A stretch of DNA of 43,597 bases from a virus (lineage: Duplodnaviria; Heunggongvirae; Uroviricota; Caudoviricetes): the IMG/VR virus record IMGVR_UViG_2711768020_000006; one strand, written 5' to 3'. Numbering within the stretch: the stretch's first letter is position 1; every line of letters starts with the position of its first letter. Of this stretch, positions 9,018 through 18,062 are shown piece after piece. Both the position numbers and the translations under genes were made by a program. The notes beneath the pieces were generated by a model. That model ran no database searches and had not been told where the DNA came from. It saw only the letters and a program-made list of their open reading frames with translations.

Positions 9018-9305
9018 ATGGAAAAAGAAATCAAATTTGCGCCTAAATCTATCGACGAAGAACTGGCTAAAATCGGCATGCTTGAACGTATGCGGGACAT
9101 TATCGAATATGCGATAAAAGAAAATCTTGCAGCCAGAGAAGCCCTTTTGATAATGGAGCGGGAGATTAACCTGATTAAGGATGCTGTATCTCTGGATAAT
9201 AAAATAGCCCGCGAGGAATACGTTCGCCGTAGGCTCGGTGTTGATGGTTCAGCAATTCTTACATCTGAACATTATGCAAAAATTTTTAATCTTTTTCAGC
9301 GGTAA
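9018..9305 (+). CDS. Hypothetical early protein
   Basis: ORF; ATG at 9018 with GAGGA Shine-Dalgarno preferred over the tracker start at 9003. Confidence 0.4.
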   Translation: MEKEIKFAPKSIDEELAKIGMLERMRDIIEYAIKENLAAREALLIMEREINLIKDAVSLDNKIAREEYVRRRLGVDGSAILTSEHYAKIFNLFQR

Positions 9306-9525
9306 TCCCCATACAGGCCCGGAGATTGTCGAAATGCCAGTCGGTATTAATATATGAGCCATCCTGGATATCTTCTGCATTTTCCGGGGTAGAGTTTTTT
9401 TGAGCGAGATTGATAATATGTATTGCCTCCTCACGGGAAATCAGCCCCTTATCGAACAGGGTTACCATAAGATTTCCAGCCATTGTGAATGCGGCAACAT
9501 CAAGTGCATTTTTTATATCTGACAT
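9286..9525 (-). CDS. Hypothetical small protein encoded antisense to the early operon
   Basis: 79-aa ORF with AAGGA Shine-Dalgarno 9 nt upstream; it fills a plus-strand coding gap (9306-9595). Confidence 0.5.
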   Translation of the reverse strand: MSDIKNALDVAAFTMAGNLMVTLFDKGLISREEAIHIINLAQKNSTPENAEDIQDGSYINTDWHFDNLRACMGITAEKD

Positions 9526-9553
9526 AGATTTTTCCTTTTATGTTAATTGACAT

Positions 9554-9582
9554 GGCGGTGCGGTAACACCGCCCATTTTTTA
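9554..9582 (+). terminator. Rho-independent terminator candidate (GGCGGTG-cggtaa-CACCGCC followed by a T-run)
   Basis: Hairpin and T-tract seen directly. Confidence 0.5.
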
Positions 9583-9595
9583 TGGAGCCACGATA

Positions 9596-10108
9596 ATGAA
9601 TCGCGCTTCCCTGATTACCTTAATACATGTCGCAAAACGCGATCTACAGCTTGACCATGATACCTATACATCCGCGCTGCTGGCAGCCACCGGCAAATCC
9701 AGTTGCCGTGATATGTCACCCGGTGAGTTATCCCGCGTGCTGGATGTTTTCAAAAAACGCGGTTTTAAAGTGCGTCAGAAGCCGGTTAACCGGGCCTTAA
9801 AACCGGGTACGGTGACCGCCAAAATTCGCGCCATCTGGAAAGTGATGCACCGGCAGGGATTTATCTCTGATGGCGGGGAAACGGCCCTTAACCGCTGGGT
9901 GAAATCGCAGACGGCCGCGCAGAACGACGGCGAAGGTGTGGCTAACTGGCAGTGGCTGGAGCAACAACCCGCGCTGGCCTCTGATGTGCTGGAGCGTCTC
10001 AAACGCTGGCACCGCCGCAAAATGCTGGCAGCCCTGGATATGTCGGAACGTGCAGTGATGAGTTATGAGCGTGTTTGCAGGCTGTATGAAAAATCATTCC
10101 CCCGTTAA
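9596..10108 (+). CDS. gemA: GemA-like early protein (Mu gp16 family)
   Basis: 170 aa; position just upstream of the Mor/C-type activator and general resemblance to the Mu GemA family (from memory). Confidence 0.55.
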   Translation: MNRASLITLIHVAKRDLQLDHDTYTSALLAATGKSSCRDMSPGELSRVLDVFKKRGFKVRQKPVNRALKPGTVTAKIRAIWKVMHRQGFISDGGETALNRWVKSQTAAQNDGEGVANWQWLEQQPALASDVLERLKRWHRRKMLAALDMSERAVMSYERVCRLYEKSFPR

Positions 10109-10113
10109 CCCCA

Positions 10114-10143
10114 AATCCCGCCACAGCGCGGGATTTTTATTTT
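10114..10143 (+). terminator. Rho-independent terminator (AATCCCGC-cacagc-GCGGGATT followed by TTTTTATTTT)
   Basis: Hairpin and T-tract seen directly; lies at the end of the early region as the Mu t9.2 terminator does. Confidence 0.7.
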
Positions 10144-10178
10144 AAACTTGCCCTGTGTAATGATGACCGGAGGCGGGT

Positions 10179-10601
10179 ATGGCTGAAACACAGATGAGCA
10201 TGTTTGGTGACAGCGAACAGCTGCACGCGCTGATTGACCGTCTGGATGATATTCCTGATGATGAGCTGAAAAAGAACTGGCCCGGCACGCTGCGGGACCT
10301 GGTTGATGTGATCAGTGCTGAACTGCACCGTCAGGGGATTGAACCTGCTCAGGCGGGAATGCTTGCCCGTAAGGTTGCAGCCGCACAGGCCGGGTACATG
10401 GGCGGGCGTGGTTATTATCTCCCGGTCGGTGAATCCCTTTTCACCGAACTGCGCAATAATGAAATTTTTTCCCGCTGGAGCCAGGGCGAAAAAATTGAAA
10501 CCCTGCGCCGCCACTACCAGATGTCAGAGACGCAGATTTACTCCGTTATCCGCAACCAGCGTCGCCTGCATCAGGAACGCACGCAGCCACGGCTTTTCTG
10601 A
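10179..10601 (+). CDS. Mor/C-family transcriptional activator (middle/late gene activator)
   Basis: 140 aa; position between gemA and the lysis genes; C-terminal HTH (YQMSETQIYSVIRNQRR). Whether it corresponds to Mor or C cannot be decided. Confidence 0.65.
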   Translation: MAETQMSMFGDSEQLHALIDRLDDIPDDELKKNWPGTLRDLVDVISAELHRQGIEPAQAGMLARKVAAAQAGYMGGRGYYLPVGESLFTELRNNEIFSRWSQGEKIETLRRHYQMSETQIYSVIRNQRRLHQERTQPRLF

Positions 10602-10672
10602 TATTCCGCAAATCCTGCCCCCTTTTCCTCACGGTTACGCTGACTCAGAGAACACCATGAGACAGCGTAACA

Positions 10673-11173
10673 ATGCCAAAACTCCCCGCACCCCTGCGTA
10701 AAAAGCTGATTGCCCTTGTTCTGGCCGGAGCCGGGACGTTCACCATTGCCACGCACTACACCGGCTACTGGGAAGGGAAAGAAAACACCACGTACATTGA
10801 TCCCACCGGCACCCCCACCATCTGTTACGGCCATACCGGCCCGGATGTGAAACCGGGGATGACAAAAACTGATGAAGAGTGTCTGGAGCTGCTGGAAAAG
10901 GACATGAAATGGGCCTTTGCGGCTATCGATCGTCATGTTCAGGTGCCGCTTACCCGTGGTCAGACGGTGGCGCTGGCCTCCTGGATTTTCTGGGCCGGTG
11001 AAACGAACTTTCGCAACTCCACGCTCCTGCGCCTTATCAATGCCGGGCAGATGCCCGCGTCCTGTAAGCAGTATATCCGCTGGATTTATTCAAAGGGGGT
11101 AAAACTCCCCGGTCTTGAGGCCCGCCGTTCGGCGGATGAATGGTTATGTCGTTACGATTTGCCGAAAGTCTGA
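10673..11173 (+). CDS. SAR endolysin (T4-lysozyme-like, GH24)
   Basis: N-terminal weakly hydrophobic signal-anchor LIALVLAGAGTFTIA; catalytic E-x8-D-x5-T pattern in YWEGKENTTYIDPTGTPT. Confidence 0.85.
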   Translation: MPKLPAPLRKKLIALVLAGAGTFTIATHYTGYWEGKENTTYIDPTGTPTICYGHTGPDVKPGMTKTDEECLELLEKDMKWAFAAIDRHVQVPLTRGQTVALASWIFWAGETNFRNSTLLRLINAGQMPASCKQYIRWIYSKGVKLPGLEARRSADEWLCRYDLPKV

Positions 11174-11636
11174 ACCGCTTCTGGCGACCGCTCATGATTG
11201 CGCTGCTGTGTGCCGTTGTGCTGCTGCGGGGTGTGCTGTGTCTGCGGTGAACAATCCCTTACCGGCCCTGATTGCCGGAGGCTGTATGGCGGCGCTGGGG
11301 GTGATGAGCGTGCTGGCTGCCGTGGTATGGGGAATGCACCAGAAGACGCAGCGCCTTGAGGACAATAATCATGTGCTTGTGCGTGAACGGGACGAAGCCC
11401 GTCTGGTGCTGGCAAACCAGCAACGCACCCTGCAACTCATTTCACAAATCAGCAAGGCGGCCACGAATGAAAAACAGCAGAACATGCAGCACAGCGAGGA
11501 ACAGCAGAGCATTGTCCGCCGGTCACTGGCAACGGTGCCTGCTGCCGCTGTGCCTGTGCCTGATGATGTGGCTGACCGGGTGCGGCGGGCCGTCTGTGAA
11601 ATACGTGCCGGTGAAGCCGGTGCCGATCCCCGCTGA
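11136..11636 (+). CDS. i-spanin (Rz-like): transmembrane helix plus periplasmic coiled coil
   Basis: Transmembrane segment ALIAGGCMAALGVMSVLAAVVWG followed by a charged helical region; start uncertain (tracker used TTG at 11115). Confidence 0.6.
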   Translation: MNGYVVTICRKSEPLLATAHDCAAVCRCAAAGCAVSAVNNPLPALIAGGCMAALGVMSVLAAVVWGMHQKTQRLEDNNHVLVRERDEARLVLANQQRTLQLISQISKAATNEKQQNMQHSEEQQSIVRRSLATVPAAAVPVPDDVADRVRRAVCEIRAGEAGADPR

Positions 11637-11838
11637 ATGGCTGGCTGACTGCCTGGTCCCTCCCGCGCCGCAGCCGTTCACGTTTGGTGCATCGGTCACT
11701 TACAACCTGCAACTGCTGGCGGTGATTAAAAACTGCAACGTGGACAAGGCCAGCATCCGCCGTCTGGAGACACAGCGACAGCATGAATTTACTGATATGG
11801 CCGGAACGACTGCTGTTCCGGCAGGAAAGACGAAGTAA
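11467..11838 (+). CDS. o-spanin (Rz1-like outer-membrane lipoprotein), overlapping the 3' end of the i-spanin gene in another frame
   Basis: Signal peptide with lipobox LTGC and a Pro-rich mature region; overlapped spanin architecture. Confidence 0.55.
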   Translation: MKNSRTCSTARNSRALSAGHWQRCLLPLCLCLMMWLTGCGGPSVKYVPVKPVPIPAEWLADCLVPPAPQPFTFGASVTYNLQLLAVIKNCNVDKASIRRLETQRQHEFTDMAGTTAVPAGKTK

Positions 11839-11848
11839 GGAAAAAGGT

Positions 11849-12076
11849 ATGGATGATTCAGATTGTGCTCAGGCAGTCATGGAGCGTGCAACAGAACGCG
11901 CCCTTTGTGACCGGCTGACACGTAAGCGCCGGGTGGCGGAGACACCGGGCAGGCGTGTATGCGCGGACTGCGGGGGTGACATTCCGGCTGCCCGTCTGGT
12001 TGCCGTGCCGGATGCCATCCGTTGTGTGAACTGCCAGAACATCATGGAGGCCGGTCATGTGGGTCAGCATCGTTAA
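11849..12076 (+). CDS. TraR/DksA-family C4 zinc-finger protein
   Basis: CADCGG..x17..CVNC motif; AAGGA Shine-Dalgarno; internal ATG preferred over the tracker start at 11783. Confidence 0.65.
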   Translation: MDDSDCAQAVMERATERALCDRLTRKRRVAETPGRRVCADCGGDIPAARLVAVPDAIRCVNCQNIMEAGHVGQHR

Positions 12077-12368
12077 AGATTATGTCGTGCCGATCCTGTC
12101 GGCAACGGCCACAGCCGGGGGGATCTTCATGGCGCTGATGCGCAAAACCTTTGTCCCCCGCGAGGCCTTTGAAAAACTCTCCGACCGGGTTGAGCGGGTG
12201 GAGAGCCGGATTTCCGGCCTGCCCACGCAGCAGGAGGTGAACAGACTCAATATCGAAATCACCACCCTGCGCGGTGAGCTTAAGGCCACCAATGCCACCC
12301 TGAAATCCGTCTCCCATCAGAACGAACTGCTGCTGGAGCAGGCTGTAAGGAAAAAACACAATGAGTGA
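12057..12368 (+). CDS. Membrane/coiled-coil protein, possibly lysis-related
   Basis: N-terminal transmembrane helix (VVPILSATATAGGIFMALM) followed by a coiled coil. Confidence 0.4.
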   Translation: MWVSIVKDYVVPILSATATAGGIFMALMRKTFVPREAFEKLSDRVERVESRISGLPTQQEVNRLNIEITTLRGELKATNATLKSVSHQNELLLEQAVRKKHNE

Positions 12369-12651
12369 TTTCATTACTGAAGATCAGCGTCTTGTCATTC
12401 TGCGGTCGCTGGCGGATTACAACGGCGAACTGGGCGAATCCGTGCTTCAGGACTGCCTGGATGATTACGGTCACCGCGTGTCCCGCGACACCGTTCATAC
12501 CCACATTGCCTGGCTTGCCGAGCAGGGACTGGTGCGTAAGCGCACGCTTGTTAACGGTTATTTCATCGCTGAACTGACCGGCCGGGGTCAGGATGTGGCG
12601 GAAGGCCGCGCCACCGTTCCGGGTGTGAAGAAACCACGCGCAAGGGGGTAA
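12361..12651 (+). CDS. Hypothetical protein (possible winged-helix)
   Basis: ORF coupled to its neighbours. Confidence 0.4.
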   Translation: MSDFITEDQRLVILRSLADYNGELGESVLQDCLDDYGHRVSRDTVHTHIAWLAEQGLVRKRTLVNGYFIAELTGRGQDVAEGRATVPGVKKPRARG

Positions 12652-12653
12652 CG

Positions 12654-13235
12654 ATGGATAAGCCAGCGCGTGGCCGTGTACGCAAGGTGGATTTGCTCCC
12701 CGACAGCATCCGTAAGCCGCTGCTGGAAATGCTGCGTGAAAAACGTCTGACGCAGGTCCAGATCCGCGAGGAAATCAACCGTCTGATCCGTGAAGCAGGT
12801 CTGCCGGAAGAGCAGCAGCTCTCACCGGCGGCCATCAGCCGGGAAGCCTCCCGTAATGAGCTGATTGCCCGTAATCTGCGTGATTTACGCGAGCAGACAA
12901 AAGCCATGATGGCCGAACTGGGGGATAAGCCGACCGGTGAAACCACGGCACTGATTCTGGAGATGTCCCGTGCCCTGATGTACCGCCGTCTGCGTGCCGC
13001 CACCGAATCCCTGAACAGCGACAGCGATGTGGATATGCGCCTTATTAAGGACATCCTCCTGTCGGCACAGCGTGCAGAAAGTGCCGCCGAGCGCAGCATT
13101 AAGCGTGAAAAAGAAATCCGGGCCGCATTTGCTGAAGAGATGGCGAATGCGGTCACCGATGAGTTGCGCGGCGTGGATGGCATGAGCGAGCAGATCGAAT
13201 TCCGTATCAGGCAGATGCTGCTGGGTAAGGCGTAG
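12654..13235 (+). CDS. Mu gp27-like protein (putative terminase small subunit)
   Basis: Position immediately upstream of the large terminase; helical basic protein. Confidence 0.5.
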   Translation: MDKPARGRVRKVDLLPDSIRKPLLEMLREKRLTQVQIREEINRLIREAGLPEEQQLSPAAISREASRNELIARNLRDLREQTKAMMAELGDKPTGETTALILEMSRALMYRRLRAATESLNSDSDVDMRLIKDILLSAQRAESAAERSIKREKEIRAAFAEEMANAVTDELRGVDGMSEQIEFRIRQMLLGKA

Positions 13236-13245
13236 GAGGTGAATC

Positions 13246-13494
13246 ATGGCAACAGATAACCGCTCACTGATGAGCAGTGCCCATCAGAAAGCATTCAGTC
13301 TTGCAACACAGTTACCTCCTGAAACCATAAAGGTATGTCGTGAGTTGACTGAACTCAGCATTGCCGGGGAAATATCCCTGGAACAACTGCATTCGCTGCT
13401 GGCAGAGGCTGCCACTGATGAGTTGAGCGGCGTGGACGTGATGACTGAAGAGCTTGAGTCCCGAATCAAAAGCATTCTGACAGGTAAAGCATGA
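13246..13494 (+). CDS. Small protein whose C-terminus duplicates the C-terminus of the gp27-like protein
   Basis: ATDELSGVDVMTEELESRIKSILTGKA versus AVTDELRGVDGMSEQIEFRIRQMLLGKA; strong AGGAGG Shine-Dalgarno. Confidence 0.45.
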   Translation: MATDNRSLMSSAHQKAFSLATQLPPETIKVCRELTELSIAGEISLEQLHSLLAEAATDELSGVDVMTEELESRIKSILTGKA

Positions 13495-15158
13495 TGAACA
13501 AAGCCAGAGAAACGTCGCCTTCACTGATGCAAATGACGCCTCCCCGCAAAATTGATCTGTCAGGTGAAAAAGCCCTGCTGGGCGTGGATGTGCCGGACAG
13601 CCTTGATTTGCCCGGTGATATGCCGGTGTTTCTGGATTATCAGGCCCGCTGGTTTGCAGATGAAAGTCAGGTCTGCATCGCGGAGAAATCCCGCCGCACC
13701 GGTCTTACCTGGGCGGAAGCCGGGCGTAACGTCATTACTGCTGCAAAACCGAAGCGTCGTGGTGGCCGCAATGTGTTTTATGTGGGATCAAAGCAGGAGA
13801 TGGCGCTGGAATATATTTCTGCCTGCGCGCTGTTCTCCCGTGCCTTTAACCAGCTGGCAGATGCTGATGTGTATGAGCAGACATTCTGGGATCGGGATAA
13901 AAAAGAAGAAATTTTGACCTACATGATCCGCTTTCCGAACAGTGGATTCAAAATTCAGGCATTGTCTTCCCGTCCGTCAAACCTGCGCGGCCTTCAGGGG
14001 GATGTGGTGATTGATGAAGCCGCGTTCCACGAGTCACTGGATGAGCTTCTCAAGGCGGCAATGGCGCTCACTATGTGGGGCGCGCGCGTGCGTATTATCT
14101 CCACGCATAACGGCGTCGATAATCTGTTTAATCAGTACATTCAGGAAGCCCGCGAGGGGCGCAAGGATTACAGCGTCCACCGCATAACCCTGGATGATGC
14201 CATTGCGGACGGGCTGTACCGTCGTATCTGTTACGTCACCGATCAGGAATGGTCACCGGAAAGCGAGCAGAAATGGCGTGATGATCTCTACAAAAACGCC
14301 CCGACCCGTGAGGATGCCGACGAGGAATACGGCTGTATCCCGAAAAAATCCGGCGGTGCCTATATCCCCCACGCGCTTATTGAAATGGCGATGATCCGCG
14401 ACATCCCGATTCTGACGTTTGAAGCCCCGGACAACTTCATCAGCCGTGCCGCATGGCTGCGTGAATCGGAAGTTTTAACCTGGTGTGAAGAACATTTAAA
14501 ACCGCTTTTAGAGAAATTAAATCCCCGTTCCCGCTTCAGCTTCGGGGAAGACTTTGCCCGCACCGGTGACCTGTCCTGCTTTGTGCTGCTGGAAATCACC
14601 GAATCCCTGGCAAAGCGCGAGGTGTTTCGCGTGGAGCTGCGCAACCTGCCGTATGCCCAGCAGGAACAGGTGATGATGTACATCCTGACCCGCGTTCCGG
14701 CGCTGGTCGGTGCGGCGTTCGACGCCACCGGTAACGGCGGCTATCTGGCAGAGGCCGCACTGCTGGCCTTTGGCCCGGACATCATCGACTGCGTGATGTT
14801 GTCGCCGAAGTGGTACGGCGAGTGGATGCCAAAACTGAAAGCCGAGTTTGAAGATCAGAATATCCTCGTCGCCCGCCATCAGACCACGCTTGATGATTTG
14901 CGCCATGTGAAGGTAGTGAATGGTATCCCGCAAATCGACAAGGGGCGCACGAAGGACCAGAACGCAACGGCTGCGAACGCCCGCCGCCATGGTGATTTTG
15001 CCGTGGCGCTCTGTATGGCAAACCGGGCGTCATACATGGAGGGCTTCATCCTGGATGAATCAGCCTGTCAGGCGCTACAGGAGCGGTCGCGGGCAATGGA
15101 GGGCGGTTATCGTGATGACGATGAGGCATATCATGAATTTGATCGGGGGGGCTGGTAG
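13491..15158 (+). CDS. Terminase large subunit (Mu gp28-like)
   Basis: 555 aa, position and size; the ATPase/nuclease architecture is inferred, not verified. Confidence 0.7.
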   Translation: MMNKARETSPSLMQMTPPRKIDLSGEKALLGVDVPDSLDLPGDMPVFLDYQARWFADESQVCIAEKSRRTGLTWAEAGRNVITAAKPKRRGGRNVFYVGSKQEMALEYISACALFSRAFNQLADADVYEQTFWDRDKKEEILTYMIRFPNSGFKIQALSSRPSNLRGLQGDVVIDEAAFHESLDELLKAAMALTMWGARVRIISTHNGVDNLFNQYIQEAREGRKDYSVHRITLDDAIADGLYRRICYVTDQEWSPESEQKWRDDLYKNAPTREDADEEYGCIPKKSGGAYIPHALIEMAMIRDIPILTFEAPDNFISRAAWLRESEVLTWCEEHLKPLLEKLNPRSRFSFGEDFARTGDLSCFVLLEITESLAKREVFRVELRNLPYAQQEQVMMYILTRVPALVGAAFDATGNGGYLAEAALLAFGPDIIDCVMLSPKWYGEWMPKLKAEFEDQNILVARHQTTLDDLRHVKVVNGIPQIDKGRTKDQNATAANARRHGDFAVALCMANRASYMEGFILDESACQALQERSRAMEGGYRDDDEAYHEFDRGGW

Positions 15159-16747
15159 TGGGACGCATCATTGATACTGACGGAAAACCTTTCTCCTTTG
15201 ACCCGGAGATGCAGAGTGCCGCGCTGGATATTCCGCAGATTGCCAGCCGTTATATTGAACATCCGGCTTCGGGTATCACCCCGAACCGGGCGGCGCAGTG
15301 CCTTCGCGGGGCTGAACGTGGCGATCTGATTGCCCAGTCCGATCTGGCCGCTGATATTGAAGAAAAGGACACCCACCTTTTTGCGGAGCTGGGCAAGCGA
15401 CGTCTTGCCATTCAGGGGGTGCCATGGAGTATTGAGCCGCCACCGAACGCCAGCGCGAATGAGAAAAAGGACGCGGAAATGCTCGACGAATATCTGCATT
15501 CCGCAGACTGGTTTGATGCCATGCTGTTTGACGCCACGGATGCCATCCTGAAGGGCTATTCCTGCATGGAAATTGAGCACGGGATGCTCGGTAAAATGCA
15601 CATCATCCGCGCCATCCGCTGGCGTGACAGCGGGCATTTCTGCCTTAACCCGGATGATTTGAGCGAACTGCGGCTGCGTGACGGCAGCCATGCCGGGGTG
15701 GCGTTTCAGCCCTTTGGCTGGATAGTGCATCAGTCGCGTTCACGCACCGGCTACGGTGGTGCGACGGGGCTTGTCAGAACGCTTATCTGGCCGTTCATTT
15801 TCAAAAACTATTCCGTGCGCGATCTGGCGGAATTTCTGGAGGTGTACGGCCTGCCAATGAAGGTCGGGAAATACCCGTCCGGGGCAACACCGGAGCAGAA
15901 AAGTGCCCTGATGCGGGCGGTGATGGATATCGGGCGACGTACAGGCGGGATCATCCCGGCCGGGATGTCGCTGGAGTTTCAGGCGGCAGCGAACGGTCAG
16001 GCCGATCCGTTTGAAACCATGATTTCGTGGGGTGAGCGTTCCATCTCCAAAGCAATACTCGGCGGCACGCTGACCACAGAAGCCGGAGACAAAGGCGCGC
16101 GCTCGCTGGGTGAGGTGCATAACGAGGTGCGCCGGGAAATCAGGGATTCTGATTTACGCCAGCTGGCTGCAACCCTGAACCGCGATCTGGTGTATCCGCT
16201 GTATGCCCTGAACACCGCCCACGCCATTGATATCCGTCGCCTGCCGCGTATCTGTTTCCAGACCAAAGAACCGGGGGATATCACCAAAATAGCCAGTGCG
16301 GTGATGCAACTCAGTGCGGGGATGGATATTCCTGATCCCTGGGTACGGGATCAGACCGGTATTCCACAGCCCACGCCCGGTGAAGCCATATTCCGTGTCC
16401 GTCAGAGCAGTAATGAACCGGCCATGCCTGACAGGGAAACGCTACCGGAAAAACAGGAAAAGACAGAACAGACGGCGCTTTCAGCCCGACTGCCGGAAGC
16501 GAAAAACACGCCGCGTGATGAACTGGACGACATGGGGGACGCGGTGCCTGCCCGCCGCTTACAGGAGGCCATCGATCCGGTGCTGGAGCCGGTCATTGAT
16601 GTCATCAGAACGCGGGGGCTGGCGGAGGCACTGGCAGACCTGCCTGCCCTTTACCGTGAAATGGATGATTCCCGCCTGATGACGCTGCTCAGTGATGCCA
16701 TGTTTGCTGCGGAAATGAAGGGGATGCTGGATGGCTCAGGGGATTGA
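15158..16747 (+). CDS. Portal protein (Mu gp29/H-like)
   Basis: 529 aa between terminase and the MuF-like gene; resembles the Mu-like portal family (from memory). Confidence 0.7.
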   Translation: MGRIIDTDGKPFSFDPEMQSAALDIPQIASRYIEHPASGITPNRAAQCLRGAERGDLIAQSDLAADIEEKDTHLFAELGKRRLAIQGVPWSIEPPPNASANEKKDAEMLDEYLHSADWFDAMLFDATDAILKGYSCMEIEHGMLGKMHIIRAIRWRDSGHFCLNPDDLSELRLRDGSHAGVAFQPFGWIVHQSRSRTGYGGATGLVRTLIWPFIFKNYSVRDLAEFLEVYGLPMKVGKYPSGATPEQKSALMRAVMDIGRRTGGIIPAGMSLEFQAAANGQADPFETMISWGERSISKAILGGTLTTEAGDKGARSLGEVHNEVRREIRDSDLRQLAATLNRDLVYPLYALNTAHAIDIRRLPRICFQTKEPGDITKIASAVMQLSAGMDIPDPWVRDQTGIPQPTPGEAIFRVRQSSNEPAMPDRETLPEKQEKTEQTALSARLPEAKNTPRDELDDMGDAVPARRLQEAIDPVLEPVIDVIRTRGLAEALADLPALYREMDDSRLMTLLSDAMFAAEMKGMLDGSGD

Positions 16748-18062
16748 TTTAGGTTATGCCGCCACGCTTCCCTCAAAAGAGACGGTGGCATACTTCCGCG
16801 CCAAAGGGGCGCATATCAGCTGGAACTGGTTCGAAACAGACGCGGATGTTCATGCCCGCTCATTCACGGCAGCAAAAACGGCACGGCTGGATGTGGTAAC
16901 CACATTACAGGCCGAAGTGCAGCGGGCCATTGATGAGGGGATTTCACAGAAAGAATTTATCCGCACACTGACGCCACGCCTGCAAAAGCTGGGATGGTGG
17001 GGAAAGCAGATTGTGGTGGACAGCGACGGTAACGCGGAAGAAGTGCAGCAGGGCAGTCCCCGTCGTCTGGCGCTGATTTACAACGTGAACACCCGTGTGG
17101 CTTACAATGCCGGGCGTTACACGCAGATGATGAACAACACGGACACGCATCCGTTCTGGCAGTATGTGGCGGTCATGGACAGCCGTACCCGCCCGTCGCA
17201 TTCCGCCCTTAACGGTCTGGTATTCCGCTATGACGATCCGTTCTGGAAAACACACTACCCGCCCAATGGCTGGAACTGCCGCTGCCGTGTGCGGCCATTG
17301 TCTCAGGCCCGTCTGGATGCAATGGGGTTATCCGTTTCATCCGGTGAGGATCATCTCTCCACCCGCAATGTTGAGGCTGGCGTGGATAAACAGACCGGAG
17401 AAGTCAGAGAAATGCCGGTGACCACATATTCAGATGGCGCCAGAACCATGACACCGGATGTGGGCTGGTCATATAACCCCGGCTCGGCAGCGTTCGGCAC
17501 AGACCAGGCGCTGATCCGCAAACTGATCGAGGTGAAAAGCCCGGCGTTACGGGAAATGGTGGTTCAGGAGATGAACAACAGCCCGGAGCGGCAGCTGGCG
17601 TTCCGCATCTGGGCAAAAAACATCATGCAGACCCGGCGAGGTGGTAACGATATCCGCACGCTGGGCTTTATGACTGAAAGCATTGCGCAGGCAGTGGAAA
17701 GCCGGACGGGAACGCCACCGGCCCGCCTGCTGGCGATGAGCGGTAAAAATGTGCTCCATGCGGACAGTGTGAAACATCAGAATGACGGCATCGCTCTGAC
17801 GCCGGAGGACTTCGGGCGCTTACCGGCAATGCTGGCAAGGCCAAAAGCGGTACTGTGGGACAAACGGCACAACAATCTGATGTATATCGTGGAAAATCAG
17901 GATGGCAGTGTGCAGATTGCCGTTAATGCACCGTACAGTCTGAAACGTCAGCCCGACAAACTGGATGTGATTGTGAATGCTTACCGGGTTATCAATATGG
18001 ATAAGCTGAAATCGGATATCCGGGGCGGAATGCTTGAGGTGCTGGAAGGACAAATTGATTAA
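16731..18062 (+). CDS. MuF-like head morphogenesis protein (Mu gp30/F)
   Basis: Conserved MuF motif region VMDSRTRPSHSALNGLVF...NGWNCRCRV. Confidence 0.8.
   Translation: MAQGIDLGYAATLPSKETVAYFRAKGAHISWNWFETDADVHARSFTAAKTARLDVVTTLQAEVQRAIDEGISQKEFIRTLTPRLQKLGWWGKQIVVDSDGNAEEVQQGSPRRLALIYNVNTRVAYNAGRYTQMMNNTDTHPFWQYVAVMDSRTRPSHSALNGLVFRYDDPFWKTHYPPNGWNCRCRVRPLSQARLDAMGLSVSSGEDHLSTRNVEAGVDKQTGEVREMPVTTYSDGARTMTPDVGWSYNPGSAAFGTDQALIRKLIEVKSPALREMVVQEMNNSPERQLAFRIWAKNIMQTRRGGNDIRTLGFMTESIAQAVESRTGTPPARLLAMSGKNVLHADSVKHQNDGIALTPEDFGRLPAMLARPKAVLWDKRHNNLMYIVENQDGSVQIAVNAPYSLKRQPDKLDVIVNAYRVINMDKLKSDIRGGMLEVLEGQID

Noticed and set aside
10657-10701. Short ORF MRQRNNAKTPRTPA overlapping the endolysin start
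   Set aside because: Tail of a longer alternative-frame ORF with no independent support; the endolysin frame is clearly the coding one.
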